DNA of 64,000 bases from an uncultured delta proteobacterium (GTDB lineage Bacteria > Myxococcota_A > Polyangia > Polyangiales > Polyangiaceae). The notes beneath the pieces were generated by a model. That model made no database searches. It was not told where the DNA came from and was given only the letters and a program-made list of their open reading frames with translations. Of the stretch, positions 61,253 to 64,000 are shown piece after piece. Each line of letters begins with the position of its first letter. The first letter of the stretch is position 1. The DNA lies in the NCBI GenBank assembly GCA_963696385.1, contig CAVOKF010000006.1, forward strand, positions 96,001 to 160,000, given 5' to 3'. The translations under genes were made by a program, and so were the position numbers.

Positions 61253-61987
61253 TCATGCCCCCAGGTAGACTTCGACCACGCGCGGGTCGCTCTGCACCTC
61301 TTGCATCGAACCTTGCGCCAGCACGCGCCCCTCGTGCAAGACGGTGACCGTCGTCGCGATGCTGCGAACGAAGTCCATGTCGTGTTCCACGACGACGACG
61401 GTGTGCTTGCCGGCGAGTGAGGCCAAAATTTCCTCCGTACGCTCGATTTCCTGCTGAGTCATTCCCGCGACGGGCTCGTCGACGAGCAGCAGCTGCGGCC
61501 GTTGAACCAGCAGCATGCCGATCTCGAGCCATTGCTTTTGACCGTGCGACAAGAGACCGGCCACTCGGTCGCGATGCTCGGTCAGCCCGGTAAGCTCCAA
61601 CGTCCGTTCGATGGCGAGCCGCTCCTCGGCGGACAACCGCGCGAACAACGTTCGCACGACGCGTTTGCTGCCGTGAGTCGTAAGCTCGAGATTTTCGAAC
61701 ACCGTATGGTTGGGAAATACGGTGGGCCGCTGAAACTTGCGACCGATGCCGAGGTTCACGATCGTGTGCTCCGAGAGCCGCGTGAGGTCGCGCCCGTCGA
61801 AGCGCACGCTGCCCGAGGTGGGTCGCGTCTTTCCTGTGATGACGTCCATGAGCGTCGTCTTGCCGGCGCCGTTCGGCCCGACGATGCAGCGAAGCTCTCC
61901 CGCCTCGAGCGACAGGGTGAGCTCATCGAGCGCCCGGAACCCGTCGAAGCGTACGGTCACCTTGTCCACTTCCAAGAGCGCGGTCAT
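61253..61987 (-). CDS. urtD: urea ABC transporter ATP-binding protein
   Basis: 'MDVITGKTRP', 'GIGRKFQ', 'LSHGQKQWLEIGMLL'. Confidence 0.9.
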   Translation of the reverse strand: MTALLEVDKVTVRFDGFRALDELTLSLEAGELRCIVGPNGAGKTTLMDVITGKTRPTSGSVRFDGRDLTRLSEHTIVNLGIGRKFQRPTVFPNHTVFENLELTTHGSKRVVRTLFARLSAEERLAIERTLELTGLTEHRDRVAGLLSHGQKQWLEIGMLLVQRPQLLLVDEPVAGMTQQEIERTEEILASLAGKHTVVVVEHDMDFVRSIATTVTVLHEGRVLAQGSMQEVQSDPRVVEVYLGA

Positions 61988-63258
61988 GGCCGCGGCTCCT
62001 GATGGACCGGCCCGCCCCCGACCGTTGGGGTCGGGACCGGTCCCTCGGGCTTCGATCCCGTACGCCGAAGCCTTCCGACAAGGCTGCCGCGAGCGCGGGC
62101 GAGGGCGGCGAACACGTCTACGATCCCGCCGGGCAGGAGCAACGTGACGAACACGAAGAGCCCGCCCAGCACGAAGAGCCACGCCGTCGGGAACGTCGCC
62201 GTGAGCCAGCTCTTCAATCCGTTGACGAGAAGAGCCCCGACGATGGCTCCGGCCAGGGTGCCACGGCCGCCCACCGCGACCCAGATGGCGATTTCCACCG
62301 AGTTCGACGGTTGCATTTCGCTCGGGTTGATGATGCCCACCTGGGGCACGTAGAGCGCGCCTGCGATCCCGCAGATCACGGCCGAGAGCGTCCAGATGAA
62401 GAGCTTGTACGCCACGGGGTCGTACCCGCAGAAGCGCACCTTCGCCTCGACGTCCCGCATCGCCGTCAGCACGCGCCCGGCCCGGGATCCGACGACGGCG
62501 CGGGCGAGCAGAACGGTGAGCGCGAGCGCCACGCCGCTGGCCGAGCACAGCACGGCCTTGGTGGAGGGATCGCGCAGCGAGTAGCCGAGGATCCTCTTGA
62601 AATCGGTGAGACCGTTGTTTCCGCCGAACCCCGTCGCATTTCGAAAGAACAGCAGCATCGCCGCGTAGGTGAGGGCCTGCGTGACGATCGAAAAGTAGAC
62701 GCCGCCGATCCGGGACCGGAACGCGAAGAACCCGAACACGTAGGCGAGGATGCCAGGGGCCAGAAGCACCATCAGCGCCGCGAACCCGAAGTGCTCGAAC
62801 CCGTGCCAGTACCAGGGCAGCTCTTTCCAATCGAGGAACACCATGAAGTCCGGCAGGGCGCTCCGATAGTTTCCCTCGGTCCCGATGGCGCGCATCAGGT
62901 ACATGCCCATCGCGTAGCCTCCGAGCGCGAAGAACAGGCCGTGGCACAGGCTCAGGATGCCCGCGTAACCCCACGCGAGATCCATCGCGACCGCCACGAT
63001 GGCGTACGTGGTGAGCTTGCCCATGAGAGAGACGAAGTACTCGGAAGCGTGCAGGGCACTCGACTCGGGGGGCACGACGTTCAACAGCGGGACGACGACG
63101 CCCGCGAACAAGCACGTGGCCGCGACGACGCCGACCTCCCACGCGGGTCTCCCGCGCTTCGAAAGGGGAGGAGGCATCGTCACCTGCCCACCATCCTCGA
63201 GAAGAGCGCTCGCGGCTCGACGCGCCTTTGGAGGCGGCGGCGGAACCGACGCGGTCAC
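61984..63258 (-). CDS. urtC: urea ABC transporter permease
   Basis: 'WGYAGILSL', 'LPDFMVFL.WKELPWYW', 'GFGGNNGLTDFK', 'VPQVGIINP'. Confidence 0.9.
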   Translation of the reverse strand: MTASVPPPPPKARRAASALLEDGGQVTMPPPLSKRGRPAWEVGVVAATCLFAGVVVPLLNVVPPESSALHASEYFVSLMGKLTTYAIVAVAMDLAWGYAGILSLCHGLFFALGGYAMGMYLMRAIGTEGNYRSALPDFMVFLDWKELPWYWHGFEHFGFAALMVLLAPGILAYVFGFFAFRSRIGGVYFSIVTQALTYAAMLLFFRNATGFGGNNGLTDFKRILGYSLRDPSTKAVLCSASGVALALTVLLARAVVGSRAGRVLTAMRDVEAKVRFCGYDPVAYKLFIWTLSAVICGIAGALYVPQVGIINPSEMQPSNSVEIAIWVAVGGRGTLAGAIVGALLVNGLKSWLTATFPTAWLFVLGGLFVFVTLLLPGGIVDVFAALARARGSLVGRLRRTGSKPEGPVPTPTVGGGPVHQEPRP

Positions 63259-64000
63259 GTGCCCTCCAGTCCGCGTCCGCGTGGAGCGAACAGCCCTTGC
63301 GGTCGCTTCTGGATGACCAGGATCACGGCGACCAACACCACGATCTTGCCGAGAACGGCCCCCGCGATGGGCTCGAGGACCTTGTTGAGGATCCCGAGCG
63401 AGAACGCTGCGACGACGCATCCGACCAGTTTGCCGACGCCGCCCAGCACGACCACCAGAAAGGAGTCGACGATGTAGCTCTGCCCGAGCTCGGGGCCGAC
63501 GTTTCCAAGCTGCGCGAGGGCAACCCCTCCGAGACCCCCGACCCCCGATCCGAGCGCGAACGTCCAGGTGTCCACGCGCCGCGTGGCAATCCCCATGCAG
63601 GCGGCCATCGGCCGGTTCTGCGTGACGGCGCGAACCCGCAATCCGAGCGACGTACCCCGGAGCATGTACGACACGAAGCCGACGACGACGATGGTGAAAA
63701 GAACGACGGCGACTCGGTTGTACGGAATCACCACGTCCTCGAAGACCTCGGTGCCGCCCGCGAGCCAATGCGGGTTTTCGACGGCGACGTTCTGGGGCCC
63801 GAAGATCGAGCGAACGGTCTGGATCAGGAGCAGGCTCAACCCGTAGGTCGCGAGCAGCGTCTCGAGCGGGCGCCCGTACAGGAAGCGGATGACGGAGCGT
63901 TCGAGAAGGGCGCCGACCCCCATGCACGTGAGGAGGGCCACGGGAACGGCGAAGACCAGATACAGCGACTGGTACTGCGGCAGATGAGCGTGAAAGAACG
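63255..64000 (-). CDS. urtB: urea ABC transporter permease (5' part outside window)
   Basis: 'LYGRPLETLLAT', 'RAVTQNRPMA', 'NVGPELGQSYIVDSF'. Confidence 0.9.
   Translation of the reverse strand, partial: FFHAHLPQYQSLYLVFAVPVALLTCMGVGALLERSVIRFLYGRPLETLLATYGLSLLLIQTVRSIFGPQNVAVENPHWLAGGTEVFEDVVIPYNRVAVVLFTIVVVGFVSYMLRGTSLGLRVRAVTQNRPMAACMGIATRRVDTWTFALGSGVGGLGGVALAQLGNVGPELGQSYIVDSFLVVVLGGVGKLVGCVVAAFSLGILNKVLEPIAGAVLGKIVVLVAVILVIQKRPQGLFAPRGRGLEGT

Overview
High-GC window, probably from a Myxococcota (Polyangiales-like) genome; this is inferred from gene content only. It is a heavily rearranged accessory region. (1) 1-20 kb is a mobile-element jungle organised around a ~110-bp repeat present in 8 full or partial copies. 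The repeat is the downstream end (putative oriIS) of an IS91/ISCR-like rolling-circle transposase gene at 33.3-35.0 kb. Copies are hit by IS1634, IS4 (twice), a group II intron and two identical IS110/IS1111-type elements. The IS110 downstream non-coding region contains a stem-closed loop whose two arms match the left and right halves of the insertion site in the repeat, i.e. a candidate bridge/seek RNA programmed against a rolling-circle origin. (2) 20-32 kb is an organosulfur scavenging cluster (truncated ssuD, sfnG, two SfnB/DszC-like monooxygenases, Liv-type ABC, porin) with four sigma54-type promoters. (3) 33-42 kb holds the IS91-like element, an ICE relic, IS3, an M28 peptidase and an xis/int module whose integrase ORF reads through an antisense tRNA-fMet. 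(4) 42-54 kb has a TetR/EmrAB/TolC efflux operon, FtsH and a symmetric MITE-MITE-IS630-MITE-MITE stack in one CTAG. (5) 54-64 kb is a nitrogen scavenging cluster (porin, biuH, trtA, permease, urtBCDE). Several VNTRs are present but no CRISPR array. All calls are from reading the sequence; no searches were run. Identical repeats mean misassembly cannot be excluded.
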